Positions 31,315-41,399 are shown, numbered from the stretch's first letter. The stretch: DNA of 64,000 nt from Candidatus Poribacteria bacterium (GCA_965218095.1 OZ244587.1:2464001-2528000); one strand, 5' to 3'. Made by a program: numbers and translations. Notes: a model not told the origin generated them from the sequence alone.

Positions 31315-32601
31315 ATGTTAATTCCCCGACAAGTTATCGTCGTTGCAACGGCTGTAGCGATCTCACTGCTAGGTGATTCCACCCTTTACGCGGTTTTACC
31401 CTCCCACGCCGACCAACTCGGCATCAAACTCGTCTACGTTGGGGTTCTCCTCAGTGTAAACCGATTCGTCAGACTGCTTACCAATTCTCTGGCAGGCTAT
31501 GTCTATGATCACATCGGGCGGTGGTGGCACTTTGTCGCTGCGCTTGTCGTTGGCGGCTGCACAACGGCTGCCTACGGGCTGTTCAAGGGACTCGGCGTGT
31601 TCCTGATCGCTCGCTTGCTTTGGGGAACCTCTTGGTCATTTTTACGGTTGGAGGGGTATGCAACAGTGATCAAACAGGCGACTGCGCAAAATCGGGGCAA
31701 ACTGATGGGTGTGTACGGATCGATTTCTGGGATAGGATTTTTCGCGGGCTCGTTTCTCGGTGGGATTCTCACTGATACCGTTGGCTTTCGTAACTGTGTC
31801 CTCTCCTTTGCCGCCTTGGCGCTTCTGTGTGCTGTCGCTGCTTTCCTCGAACTCTCACGAAACCACCCGTCCGAAGAAGGAGAGATAAGGAGACAAGGGG
31901 ACTCGGCGACAAAGGAAACAGATTTTCACATATCGCCCAGCGCGCAAAACGTACTACGCAATACGCAACACGTTTCACCGTCTCCTGAGCTTGAAGCAGA
32001 GGGGCAAAAATCGCGGCGTCATTGGCTGATTTACTATATTAGTTGTATCAATTCACTCGTGGGCAGTGTGACTGCTTCCACGCTTGGGTTGCTGATTAAG
32101 ACCCGTTTGGGCGCCGTGATTCAATTCAGCCACTTTTCGATAAAAGTAGCGTCGCTGACAGGGATTTTGCTTGCCCTCCGATGGTTACTCTTTTTTCTAT
32201 TGGCGCCAGTCTTCGGACACCTTGCAGATCGATTGAGCCGAAGATTCGTGCAACTCTTCGGACTCCTGATACGCATTGTCGGATTAGGGATCTTAGCCAC
32301 CGGCGGCAGTTTTATCTGGATTGGCACTGCGCTGATCCTGACATCTATATCGAGCCCGGCAATTTCAGTCGCTCTGGATGCCTCAATCACAGATGCAGCT
32401 TCAGCGAGGCAGCGGGGAAAAACGATCGGCGCCTACACGACTTTCACAGATCTGGGGTCTGCTGGGGGGCCGTTCGTGGGCTACCGGGTGATTGATTGGA
32501 TCGGCGTTTCACCGGGTTTGGGAACGGTTTATTGGGCAGGCATGGTGCTGTTGCTCTCAGGCGTATTGGCTTCGTTTGGCGTCAAACGCGCAAAGGATTA
32601 G
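31315..32601 (+). CDS. MFS transporter
   Basis: About 12 hydrophobic segments, GYVYDHIGR and GHLADRLSRR motif A, RGKLMG. Confidence 0.88.
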   Translation: MLIPRQVIVVATAVAISLLGDSTLYAVLPSHADQLGIKLVYVGVLLSVNRFVRLLTNSLAGYVYDHIGRWWHFVAALVVGGCTTAAYGLFKGLGVFLIARLLWGTSWSFLRLEGYATVIKQATAQNRGKLMGVYGSISGIGFFAGSFLGGILTDTVGFRNCVLSFAALALLCAVAAFLELSRNHPSEEGEIRRQGDSATKETDFHISPSAQNVLRNTQHVSPSPELEAEGQKSRRHWLIYYISCINSLVGSVTASTLGLLIKTRLGAVIQFSHFSIKVASLTGILLALRWLLFFLLAPVFGHLADRLSRRFVQLFGLLIRIVGLGILATGGSFIWIGTALILTSISSPAISVALDASITDAASARQRGKTIGAYTTFTDLGSAGGPFVGYRVIDWIGVSPGLGTVYWAGMVLLLSGVLASFGVKRAKD

Positions 32602-32607
32602 GGATCC

Positions 32608-32740
32608 TGTCAAAAGAAAGTGCATCCTAACATTTGTGTGACTTTTGATACGCCCCCTCTATGTCTCCCCCAAAGTTGGGGGGAGATTCAGAGGGGGCAG
32701 GATAGTCGCATCATAACTCACTTTGCACGTTTCCTTGACA
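32608..32740. mobile_element. MITE-like element (133 bp) with a GC-rich central hairpin
   Basis: IRs TGTCAAAAGAAAGTGCA / TGCACGTTTCCTTGACA (13/17); core GCCCCCTCT..TCTCCCCCAAAGTTGGGGGGAGA..AGAGGGGGC. Confidence 0.5.
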
Positions 32741-32940
32741 TGAGTCAAGTGTGCTAAAGTGTCTAAAGTGCCTGAAGTTAGGAAAGGCGCACAATCGGCT
32801 GTTTCAAAAAGTGATCTGAACTTGCTTAATGTTACTTGGTCATCATAAGACCGCTCAAGCCCAATGAACCCTTAAACTCCTTATTTTCCTCTCACTCACC
32901 GTTCCCTCACTCCCTTGCCCCTCTGCTCCCCTGCCCCTTT

Positions 32941-33999
32941 TCACTGCGCTGTAACTTCCCGCCATCGTTCAACCAATCTCTGCCTGTTCCCCGCCGCCCA
33001 GATGGGGTCGAAGCGAATCAACTTCACCTGATCTGCGGTGACTGCGCCTTGAACAACTTCGGCTCGCGGGTTCAAGGGCGTGCGGAACCATCTCTGCATC
33101 AAGTTCTGCGCCTCCACGGAGAGCGCCCAATCCATGAACCGTTTGGCGGCGGTTTGATTGGGACCGCCTTTTACGAGCGCCATCGCACCGATCTCGTATC
33201 CGGTCCCCTCCTCCGGAAACCTCAGAACAACAGGGTATCCTTTCGCGGGTCCCTTCTTGACAATATCGTGCGAAAAGGCAATCCCCACGGCAATTTCGCC
33301 AAAACCCACCTGCGTCACGCACGCCGATCCGGATTTGTTGTAGTGGTGGACATTCCGATTCAACTTTGCAATATAATCGAAGCCTGCCTCCTCGCCTATC
33401 AGTTGCACAAGCGCAGCGAGCAGCGTGTTGGCTGTCCCTGATGTATAGGCATAAGCCACGCCAATTTCACCTTTGAATTCAGGTTTTAACAGGTCATACC
33501 ATGAAGTGGGTGGTGGAATCCCTTTGCGTGCCAGGATTTCCGTGTTGCAGGCGAAACCGATCGCGCCAAAGTAGAACCCCGTCCAGTGGTGCGCTTCGTC
33601 GAATGTGCCGGGCGGAGGCTGAAAATCGGTTTGCGGTTGATAAGGGGCAAGCAATCCTTCCCGCCTGGCGATAATGAATTCCGGCGATGGTCCCCCAAAC
33701 CAGAGCGCGACTTGTGGATTGTTTCGCTCACTTCGGATGCGCACCAACGCCTCCCCTGCGGGCAGACGGACCCACCGCACCTGAACCCCGCTCTTTTCCT
33801 CAAAAGCGCGGAGGTAGATCTTTGCCTCATTCGTGTCCAGAGATGTGTAAAGGTGAAGTGTGTCGCCCGTGCCGCTTGTGACATCCGCTTTCGACGCTGC
33901 GGTTTGTGACTGGCTTGATGGTGTTTCACGACACCCCAGCAGCCAGAGAGTGGAGAGCAAGCAGATAATAATAAGAATGTTCATGTATCCTCGGCGCAT
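32941..33999 (-). CDS. ABC transporter substrate-binding lipoprotein (AfuA/iron/sugar-phosphate cluster)
   Basis: Lipobox LLGC, NPQVALWFGG, PTSWYDLLKP, TSGTA, FPEEGTGYEIG, AKRFMDWALS. Confidence 0.82.
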   Translation of the reverse strand: MRRGYMNILIIICLLSTLWLLGCRETPSSQSQTAASKADVTSGTGDTLHLYTSLDTNEAKIYLRAFEEKSGVQVRWVRLPAGEALVRIRSERNNPQVALWFGGPSPEFIIARREGLLAPYQPQTDFQPPPGTFDEAHHWTGFYFGAIGFACNTEILARKGIPPPTSWYDLLKPEFKGEIGVAYAYTSGTANTLLAALVQLIGEEAGFDYIAKLNRNVHHYNKSGSACVTQVGFGEIAVGIAFSHDIVKKGPAKGYPVVLRFPEEGTGYEIGAMALVKGGPNQTAAKRFMDWALSVEAQNLMQRWFRTPLNPRAEVVQGAVTADQVKLIRFDPIWAAGNRQRLVERWREVTAQ

Positions 34000-34039
34000 C
34001 AGATGAGTCGTAACCTTTCTGGGGCTCTTTTCGACGTTT

Positions 34040-34303
34040 TGTAGTGGTCAACAACATATTGCTTTTTCTCGCTCCCCCGCTCCGCCGATGAATCAGCGGG
34101 CTACACGGCTGCGTCCGATGAATCGGACTTAGAAGATCGCTTGAAAGCCCCGATCGCTTTGATCGGGGTGCCGCTGTTTAACTCGGCAACTTCATCGCCG
34201 AGCGTGCATCACCGAGCGAAAAGATCTGGGTAAAAGTAAGCCTCGTAGGAGAGGGGCCAGAGGAGAGGTTCTGTGCGACTTCAATATGTGCTTGACCATT
34301 ACA
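34040..34303. mobile_element. 264-bp MITE with TGT...ACA ends (IS481-like) and a 15-bp target duplication
   Basis: TIRs TGTAGTGGTCAACAACATATTG / CAATATGTGCTTGACCATTACA (19/22); flanking direct repeats CTCTTTTCGACGTTT (34025) and CTCTTTTCGACATTT (34304). Confidence 0.8.
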
Positions 34304-34355
34304 CTCTTTTCGACATTTTATCAAGAACACCAGGATCTTTCAACCCAAAAAGGAA

Positions 34356-35691
34356 TTCGCCTACCCTCAGTTTTTTCTAAGAGTATATGCTCATTGTTTT
34401 TGTGAGCGATAAGTGTGAGAAAGGCTTGTCAGATATGGTAAAATACCTCCTTACCTAAAACACCGACTGTTTAAAGCAAGGAGGTATTATGAAAACACCC
34501 CCCCAAAAGCGGGTGAATCCCATACCCATGATAACCACTATCACCGAGATTTTCAACCCCGTTTTGAAAAAACCAGCGTTAAAAAACCTGATACTTACGA
34601 CCTTAGCCATTGCATTGGCTAAGACCTTTCGTCTCAATGAAATTGCCTCACGATTGCCGGTAGCAGTCAAGAGTCAAAAGACGAAACAGAAACGGCTGCT
34701 TCGATTCTTGGCACGTCCCTTTCCAATAGGTGCGGTGATGCGCTGTTGGTTGTTTTTCGTGCTGAGGCGCGTCTGTCAACCCGACACCACTCGTCGTTTG
34801 ATTTTGGTTGATGAAACGCAAGTGCTTGGCAATTTCAAAGCGATTGTCGCCGCCGTGCCATTTCGCCGCCGGGGTATACTTATCTACTGGCACATCTATA
34901 GTGATGCTGAGATTCAGGGTATGACATATAAAAGCCATAATGAGATTATCCAACGCTTTTGTGTCACGCTCTATCAAAAGACCCAAGCGGCTTTGCCTCC
35001 CACGTGTGATCCGGTGTTGATATTTGATCGGGGGTTCGCCCGTGGTAGATGTGTGATAAAGTTTCTCAAAGCACAACAGATTCCGTTTATAATGCGCGTC
35101 TGTCGCAATGTTCGCATTACCGTTTGGGGAACTGTCAAAAAGATAGAACAGTTGAAGGCAACCGGGTTCTATCCACAGATTCTCTATCACCAAACGGAAC
35201 AGATTCGACTGAATCTGTATGTAGTGAGAGATGCACGATTTGCTGAGCCGATGTATCTGATTTCAAGTCATTTGACAGGGAGTCAAATCCACCGCTGCTA
35301 TAAGCGAAGAATGCAGATTGAACACGGATTTCGGGACATCAAAACCGGCTTTGGCTTTGGCAGTCTGATTCTCAACAAACCGACGAAATCCCGCATCAAT
35401 CTGTTATGGCTGTTGGCTTGTCTGAGTTATGGGTTGCTGTTTATCATCTATCAAAAATCCGGCCACCGATGGGCAAAAGCATTCAACACAAAGACAAAGA
35501 CTTATTCGCTGATTACGGTGATTAAGCGCGTGGTTGCTGATGCGTGGGTGGAATGGTGTCTGAGTTCCTTTTTCACCCTTCCCCTGTGTCGGGGAGATAC
35601 CCTTCAACATGCTTAACGACAACCATTCTCACAACCCTAACCGCTCAAAACCCGTCAAATCTCTACTCTTGAAAAACTGGGGGTAAATGAA
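34356..35691 (+). mobile_element. IS4-family insertion sequence, apparently intact
   Basis: IRs TTCGCCTACCCTCAGTTTTTTCTAAGAGTA / TACTCTTGAAAAACTGGGGGTAAATGAA; perfect 9-bp TSD AAAAAGGAA at 34347 and 35692. Confidence 0.85.
34489..35616 (+). CDS. IS4-family DDE transposase
   Basis: VDET, FDRGF, YKRRMQIEHGFRDIK (YREK motif); RBS AAGGAGG. Confidence 0.85.
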   Translation: MKTPPQKRVNPIPMITTITEIFNPVLKKPALKNLILTTLAIALAKTFRLNEIASRLPVAVKSQKTKQKRLLRFLARPFPIGAVMRCWLFFVLRRVCQPDTTRRLILVDETQVLGNFKAIVAAVPFRRRGILIYWHIYSDAEIQGMTYKSHNEIIQRFCVTLYQKTQAALPPTCDPVLIFDRGFARGRCVIKFLKAQQIPFIMRVCRNVRITVWGTVKKIEQLKATGFYPQILYHQTEQIRLNLYVVRDARFAEPMYLISSHLTGSQIHRCYKRRMQIEHGFRDIKTGFGFGSLILNKPTKSRINLLWLLACLSYGLLFIIYQKSGHRWAKAFNTKTKTYSLITVIKRVVADAWVEWCLSSFFTLPLCRGDTLQHA

Positions 35692-36119
35692 AAAAAGGAA
35701 GCATTGACACTGGAAAGCGATTTGTGCTACACTAACATCGCTTTCGGTTCAGATATTCAGGGAGAACTGTGAACGGTTTTATTTGCAGCTTTACTCAAAT
35801 GTCAACAGAACCTAATATCTGCCGAGGATTTTATTGAAAAAGTTGCAACTAAGACTATTGCAGGCAATCCGTACTATGTTGTGGAGGCAGATAGGGCCAA
35901 ACAGAAGTTGGACGCTTGGCTAATGGACGTGTTACGAAAACACCGCACTCGCAATATAAGATGAGATTAAGAACGCTTCCTTACCTGTTCTCTCACTCGA
36001 CCGGCACCTCCGAAGTCGTGAACTAATACCACCTAGAAATCCCCCACGCTCTCGTTGGCCCCGCTTCGCACCCCGATCCATCGGGTCCCGATCGAGCAGG
36101 GCATCTCTATCTTTTGGGG

Positions 36120-36148
36120 TTGACAGAAATCACATCTTGTGCTAACTT
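36120..36148 (+). promoter_or_regulatory. Putative sigma70 promoter of dnaE
   Basis: TTGACA-N17-TAACTT with TGn extension. Confidence 0.55.
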
Positions 36149-36254
36149 TTAACTTGTTCTCAATCTGCAATTCACGCCAAAAGGGATTATCTCTCCGCAA
36201 TTTCCCTATTTTCTCATTCCACTATGAAACACGCAAAGATAAGGATATAGAGAT

Positions 36255-39200
36255 ATGGCAAAACCCGCATTTGTTCACCTACACAATCATAGCGAATATA
36301 GTCTGCTTGATGGTGCCTGTCGAATCGTGGACATGATCGATTGGGCTTATAAAACGAGCACGCCTGCGGTTGCACTCACAGATCACGGCAACCTGTTTGG
36401 TGCATGGGAGTTCTACAAAACAGCGAAGGATAAGGGCGTCAATCCGATTATCGGTTGTGAGGTTTACGTGGCACCTGGCAGTCGCCATGAACGTGGCAAA
36501 GAACAGGGCAGTCCGTATCACCTGACGCTGCTCTCGGAGGATGCAACCGGTTATAAAAACCTCATGAAGTTGGTTTCGCTCGGCTACATTGAGGGCTTTT
36601 ACTCGAAACCTCGCATCGACATGGAAATCCTGCGCGAGCACCAAGAAGGCATCATTGCCCTGACAGGGTGCATCCAGGGATTTGTTCCGGCGCTTCTGGC
36701 TTTGGATCAGCGCGACGAAGCAGTGAAAAACTTCAGGATGCTTCAGGAAATTATGGGTAAAGATAACCTGTATGTCGAGGTTCAGAGTCACGGCATCCTC
36801 GAAGAAGAACGTGCCTATCATGTCATGGTAGAGCTTGCCAAAGAGTATAATTTGCCACTCGTTGGAACAAACGATTGTCACTACCTCAAAAGTTCCGACC
36901 ACAAGATGCACGATGTGCTACTGTGCATCCAAATGAAGCGTACAGTGAGTGAAGCAGACCGCATGCGCTTTCTGAATGAGTTTTATTTCAAAAGCATTGA
37001 TGAGATGAACGAGGCGCTTAAGGATTTTCCGCCCGAAGCGATTACTAACACCATTGAGATTGCCAATCGGTGCCAACTGAAACTCCATTACGGCGAGAAC
37101 ATGATGCCGAAATATGAAGTGCCCGAAGGCTACACCGACGCCACCTATCTTTCCAAGCTCTGCTACGACGGGTTGAAGGAAAAGTATGGCGAACTCTCCT
37201 CAGAGGTAAAGCAGCAAGTCGACCACGAGCTTGATGTGATCACACAGACCGGCTACTGCGGCTATTTTCTGATCGTGTGGGATTACGTCAACTACGCACG
37301 AAAGCAGGGCTTTCCGCTGACCGCCCGTGGGTCGTCGGCGAGTAGCTTAGTTTTGTATGCCCTCGGCGTAATCAACTTCAACCCAATGGACTATGGCTGC
37401 CTATTTGAACGTTTTCTGAATCTTGAGCGTGTCGATCCACCTGACATCGACATTGATTTCGCAGACGAAGCCCGGAAACTGGTGATTGATTACCTAATCG
37501 AGAAATACGGCTCGGAATCCGTGGGGAGTATTGCGGCTTTCAACAGCCTTGGGGCAAGGGCTGCGATTAAGGATGTTGGTCGGGCTTTGGATATACCGTT
37601 GGAGAACGTCGATCGATTAACGAAGTTGATTCCAAGTACACCGGGAATTACGATCGATAAAGCCTTAGAAGATGTACCGCAATTAAAGGAAATCGCCGAA
37701 GAATCCGACAATCAGGAGTTGATAGAACTCTCAAAAGCAGTCGAAGGGATGAAGCGGCACGTCTCAACTCACGCTTCGGGAATTGTGGTGGCAAATGGCC
37801 CCCTTACCGATTACGTGCCCCTGTTCAAGGATAAGCACGGGCGAATTGCCACACAGTTTGAAGGAACAACGGTTTCAGAAATCGGTATGGTGAAGTTCGA
37901 TTTTCTCGGCGTGCGCACTTTGTCGGAAACCTACAACTGCCTTAACCGAATCAAGGAACGGCATGGGGTAGACCTCAAACTTGAAGATATTCCGTTTGAT
38001 GATGAAAAGACTTACGCTCTCATCAGCAAGGGGCTTGTTGCAGGGCTCTTTCAGTTGGAGACCTCGCCGGGAATGCGTCGCATTATCATGCAAATTAAGC
38101 CCGATAATTTTGAGGAGTTCACAGCGATTCCCGCGCTGTATCGGCCCGGCCCTCTGGACAGCGGGATGATGGATAGCTTCATTCGCCGTAAACTTAAAGT
38201 CGAAAAGGTCACATACCCGCACCCGATTTTGGAAAACGCGCTGAAGAATACCTTCGGTGTGTGCGTTTATCAGGAACAGGTGATGCGGATTGCCCAAGAT
38301 ATGGCTGGATATACGCTTGGAGAGGCGGGCGTCCTCAATTACGCGGTGAGTAAAAAGAAAGTCGACATGATCAAAGAGCAGCGCGTGAAATTCGTTGAAG
38401 GGGCGGTCAACAACGGAATCAAGGAGGAGGAAGCGGGAGAAGTCTTCGACCTGATTGAGCCATTTGGTCGGTATGCGTTCAACAAATCGCACACCGTCAC
38501 CTACGCGATTCTGTCATATCAGATGGCGTACCTCAAGACGTACTATCCGCGGGAGTTTATGGCGTCAATGATGACCGGTGAATCTGCCCATAGCGACAAG
38601 ATTACGAGATATACCGCCGAATGTCGCAAGCTATCGGAATTCCTCGAAACAAAGATTGAAGTCCTACCCCCGGATATTAACAGCAGCAATAAGGACTTTA
38701 CTGTTGTTGGGGAGGACATCCGTTTTGGGTTAATTGCCGTCAAAAACGTTAGCGACGCGGCGCTTGAGGCGATTGTCCAGGCGCGCGAAAAGGACGGTTC
38801 ATTTAAGTCGCTGCAAGACTTCTGCGAGCGGGTCGATACGAAGCTGGTTAATAAGCGGGCGATTGAAAGTTTGATTATGGCGGGGGCGTTTGACTCACTC
38901 GATGGGCATCGGGCGCAGCATCTAGCGAGTCTTGAGCAAGTTATGAAGGCAGCTCAGAGCGCGCAAAAGGACCGGGAGAAGGGGCAGATGAATCTCTTCG
39001 GAGCGATTGAGGAGGAAACGCCGATGACGCAGGTGGATCTAGTCGATGCGCCGGAATGGTCGTATGCCGAAATGCTCAAGAATGAAAAGGAACAACTCGG
39101 CTTCTATCTTTCCGGGCACCCGCTGGAGCAGTATGAGGACATTATGAAATACTACACCACTGCCACTTCTCAAACCCTTACGGAGCATTCTAACGGGACG

Positions 39201-39788
39201 GAGGTGTACGCCGTTGGCTTGATCGCTTCGGTTCACCTCACCAGAACCAAGAAGGGCGATCCGATGGCAATCTTGGTTATCGAAGATCTGGAAGGCGTCA
39301 CCGATGTTGTTGTTTTCCCGGAAGCCTACAAGGGTTCACGGTACGTGATTGAGGAAGGCAGTGTTGTGTGGGTTCGTGGGAATGTTGGCGAAGGCAGACA
39401 GAAGAATGGAGGGAATGGCGACGAAATCGAGGAGGATATTCGTCAGATTCAGGCGGAGGCGATCTTACCGATTGATGAGGTTGTAGACGAGTTGACATCG
39501 GCAGTCGAAGTCGAGATTGCTGAGACTGATATTGCCAATCAGGAGAAGATTGATGCGCTGCAGACCATCTGTTTGCGAGGACGCGGCGACCATGATCTGA
39601 TTCTGCGTCTCATAAATCCCAGGTACGGTGAAGTCATCGCGCAATGCAGCGCACGCTACAACATTTCCTATGCGCCCAAAATCGTGTCGGAAATTGAAGC
39701 CCTCTTTGGCAGCGACTCCGTTAAGCCGAGCAACCGCACCACTCGTGTTGGAGAGAAATCTCAATATTCTACGATGAATTTTGTCTGA
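36255..39788 (+). CDS. dnaE: DNA polymerase III alpha subunit
   Basis: HLHNHSEYSLLDG PHP domain, FERFLN, PDIDIDF, KFDFLG, YRPGP, FNKSH, EKEQLGFYLSGHP, OB fold. Confidence 0.97.
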   Translation: MAKPAFVHLHNHSEYSLLDGACRIVDMIDWAYKTSTPAVALTDHGNLFGAWEFYKTAKDKGVNPIIGCEVYVAPGSRHERGKEQGSPYHLTLLSEDATGYKNLMKLVSLGYIEGFYSKPRIDMEILREHQEGIIALTGCIQGFVPALLALDQRDEAVKNFRMLQEIMGKDNLYVEVQSHGILEEERAYHVMVELAKEYNLPLVGTNDCHYLKSSDHKMHDVLLCIQMKRTVSEADRMRFLNEFYFKSIDEMNEALKDFPPEAITNTIEIANRCQLKLHYGENMMPKYEVPEGYTDATYLSKLCYDGLKEKYGELSSEVKQQVDHELDVITQTGYCGYFLIVWDYVNYARKQGFPLTARGSSASSLVLYALGVINFNPMDYGCLFERFLNLERVDPPDIDIDFADEARKLVIDYLIEKYGSESVGSIAAFNSLGARAAIKDVGRALDIPLENVDRLTKLIPSTPGITIDKALEDVPQLKEIAEESDNQELIELSKAVEGMKRHVSTHASGIVVANGPLTDYVPLFKDKHGRIATQFEGTTVSEIGMVKFDFLGVRTLSETYNCLNRIKERHGVDLKLEDIPFDDEKTYALISKGLVAGLFQLETSPGMRRIIMQIKPDNFEEFTAIPALYRPGPLDSGMMDSFIRRKLKVEKVTYPHPILENALKNTFGVCVYQEQVMRIAQDMAGYTLGEAGVLNYAVSKKKVDMIKEQRVKFVEGAVNNGIKEEEAGEVFDLIEPFGRYAFNKSHTVTYAILSYQMAYLKTYYPREFMASMMTGESAHSDKITRYTAECRKLSEFLETKIEVLPPDINSSNKDFTVVGEDIRFGLIAVKNVSDAALEAIVQAREKDGSFKSLQDFCERVDTKLVNKRAIESLIMAGAFDSLDGHRAQHLASLEQVMKAAQSAQKDREKGQMNLFGAIEEETPMTQVDLVDAPEWSYAEMLKNEKEQLGFYLSGHPLEQYEDIMKYYTTATSQTLTEHSNGTEVYAVGLIASVHLTRTKKGDPMAILVIEDLEGVTDVVVFPEAYKGSRYVIEEGSVVWVRGNVGEGRQKNGGNGDEIEEDIRQIQAEAILPIDEVVDELTSAVEVEIAETDIANQEKIDALQTICLRGRGDHDLILRLINPRYGEVIAQCSARYNISYAPKIVSEIEALFGSDSVKPSNRTTRVGEKSQYSTMNFV

Positions 39789-39796
39789 TAGATTGA

Positions 39797-39829
39797 AACC
39801 TTGCGACGGTTCAAAACCTTCGCAAGGTT
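39797..39829. repeat. 33-bp REP-like palindrome, family A variant
   Basis: AACCTTGCGACGGTTCAAAACCTTCGCAAGGTT, 8 nt after the dnaE stop. Confidence 0.7.
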
Positions 39830-40154
39830 AGTGTGCTCTAGCTAAGTTGTTGGTGATGCTCCCCGATTTTTTTCGTTTATTACCCATCACCAAATACTAC
39901 CAAGTATCACTTTTCACACACCTAACAGGGATAATCCAATGGCAGCAACCCCAAGAATCGTCGAAGAAAAACCGTGCTCAGAAAGAAACAATAAATGCCT
40001 TTGCGACTCTGATTATCGGCGAGGATCTGCGGTTATGATTACGATGGCAGGTTTCGGAACTTTACGTGGTTTGCAAGAGATGCGTTCGGAGGCCAAACCG
40101 CTTTAGGCGGAATGAGGACAACGGCTGTCGTATAGGTTTTATGTATCGTCATTT

Positions 40155-40319
40155 TATTTTGACTTTGTTAGATTAAAAGAGAGTGTCGGTAGATTCACTG
40201 GTGGCCTACTTCCCCCCGGCCCCCGCCTCCCTCAATTCCCCAACTTTGGGGGGAAGGGGAGAATCGCAAAAACTCCCCCAGAATTAGGGGCCGGGGGCGC
40301 ATGTAACAAAGTCAAGATA
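40155..40319. mobile_element. MITE-like element (165 bp) with TA ends and C-run/G-run hairpins
   Basis: IRs TATTTTGACTTTGTTAGAT / ATGTAACAAAGTCAAGATA (17/19); core CCCCAACTTTGGGGG is the reverse complement of the 32608 element core. Confidence 0.6.
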
Positions 40320-40349
40320 CATTTCACGCGGATAAAAAAGGTCTCGCTT

Positions 40350-41324
40350 ATGGATCTGGAAGTTCAGGTACAACAGTTCCGAGAAAACTTCAACCAAGTG
40401 AAGGCAGAAGTCCATAAACGCATCGTCGGGCAGGACGAGACCATTGAAGGCGTCTTGCTTTGTCTGCTTGCCGACGGTCATGTTTTGCTTGAGGGTGTCC
40501 CCGGCTTAGGCAAAACGCAGTTGATTCACACCTTGAGCGAAGCACTGAGTCTGTCGTTCAAGCGGATTCAGTTTACACCAGATACGATGCCATCGGACAT
40601 CACAGGCACGATGCTGCTCGTTGAAGATACACAGGGACGAAAACAGTTTGAATTTCAGCCGGGTCCAATCTTCGCGCAAATTGTCCTTGCGGACGAGATC
40701 AACCGCGCAATGCCGCGCACCCAATCTGCCCTGCTGGAAGCGATGCAGGAGCGTACTGTGAGTGTGGCACGGACGAGCTATAAACTGGAAGAGCCTTTCT
40801 GTGTTCTCGCAACTCAGAATCCGATCGAAATGGACGGGACATATCGCTTGCCGGAGGCACAACTGGATCGATTCCTATTCAAACTTTATGTCACTTTTCC
40901 AGAGGAAGATGAGATGCTTGAAATCTTGCGTCGAACGACAACGGATGCAGAAGCCGCGATTGAGAGAGTCAGCGATTCAGCGATGATTCAGCTAATGCGC
41001 CACGTCGTCCGACGTGTCCCAATCGCAGAGCATGTGGAACGCTATATCATTCGGCTCATCCGCGCAACCCATCCAGATAACTCCGATGCACCGGACATGA
41101 CGAGGCAGTATGTTGAATTGGGCGCAAGTATTCGTGGACTGCAAGCGATAACATTGACAGCGAAGATTAAGGCGCTGCTTGATGGGCGTTACAACGTTGC
41201 TTTTGAGGATGTGCGATCTGTTGCCCTGCCAGCATTACGACACCGTATCATTTTGAACTTTGAAGGCGAGGGAGAAGGCATCCAAACGGATGAGGTCATC
41301 AAGAACGTATTGGAATTCTTGTAA
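40350..41324 (+). CDS. moxR: MoxR family AAA+ ATPase
   Basis: EGVPGLGKT, RIQFTPD, LADEINRA.PRTQSALLEAMQE, ATQNPIE, LPEAQLDRF. Confidence 0.93.
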   Translation: MDLEVQVQQFRENFNQVKAEVHKRIVGQDETIEGVLLCLLADGHVLLEGVPGLGKTQLIHTLSEALSLSFKRIQFTPDTMPSDITGTMLLVEDTQGRKQFEFQPGPIFAQIVLADEINRAMPRTQSALLEAMQERTVSVARTSYKLEEPFCVLATQNPIEMDGTYRLPEAQLDRFLFKLYVTFPEEDEMLEILRRTTTDAEAAIERVSDSAMIQLMRHVVRRVPIAEHVERYIIRLIRATHPDNSDAPDMTRQYVELGASIRGLQAITLTAKIKALLDGRYNVAFEDVRSVALPALRHRIILNFEGEGEGIQTDEVIKNVLEFL

Positions 41325-41366
41325 CTAATGGTCCATTTCAAAAGTCCGCATAGGGTTTGTCGCCTC

Positions 41367-41399
41367 AGACCTGACAGGTTTTGAAAACCTGTCAGGTCT
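41367..41399. repeat. 33-bp perfect REP-like palindrome, family A
   Basis: AGACCTGACAGGTTTT-G-AAAACCTGTCAGGTCT. Confidence 0.8.

Noticed and set aside
35800-35964. Small frameshifted ORF remnant behind the 35704 promoter
   Set aside because: No recognisable family, so it cannot be supported as a gene
39939-40135. Possible tnpB right-end/omegaRNA relic (CCGCTTTAGGCGG) or 55-aa ORF
   Set aside because: Only a 4-bp stem, no TnpB residues and no recognisable protein motif
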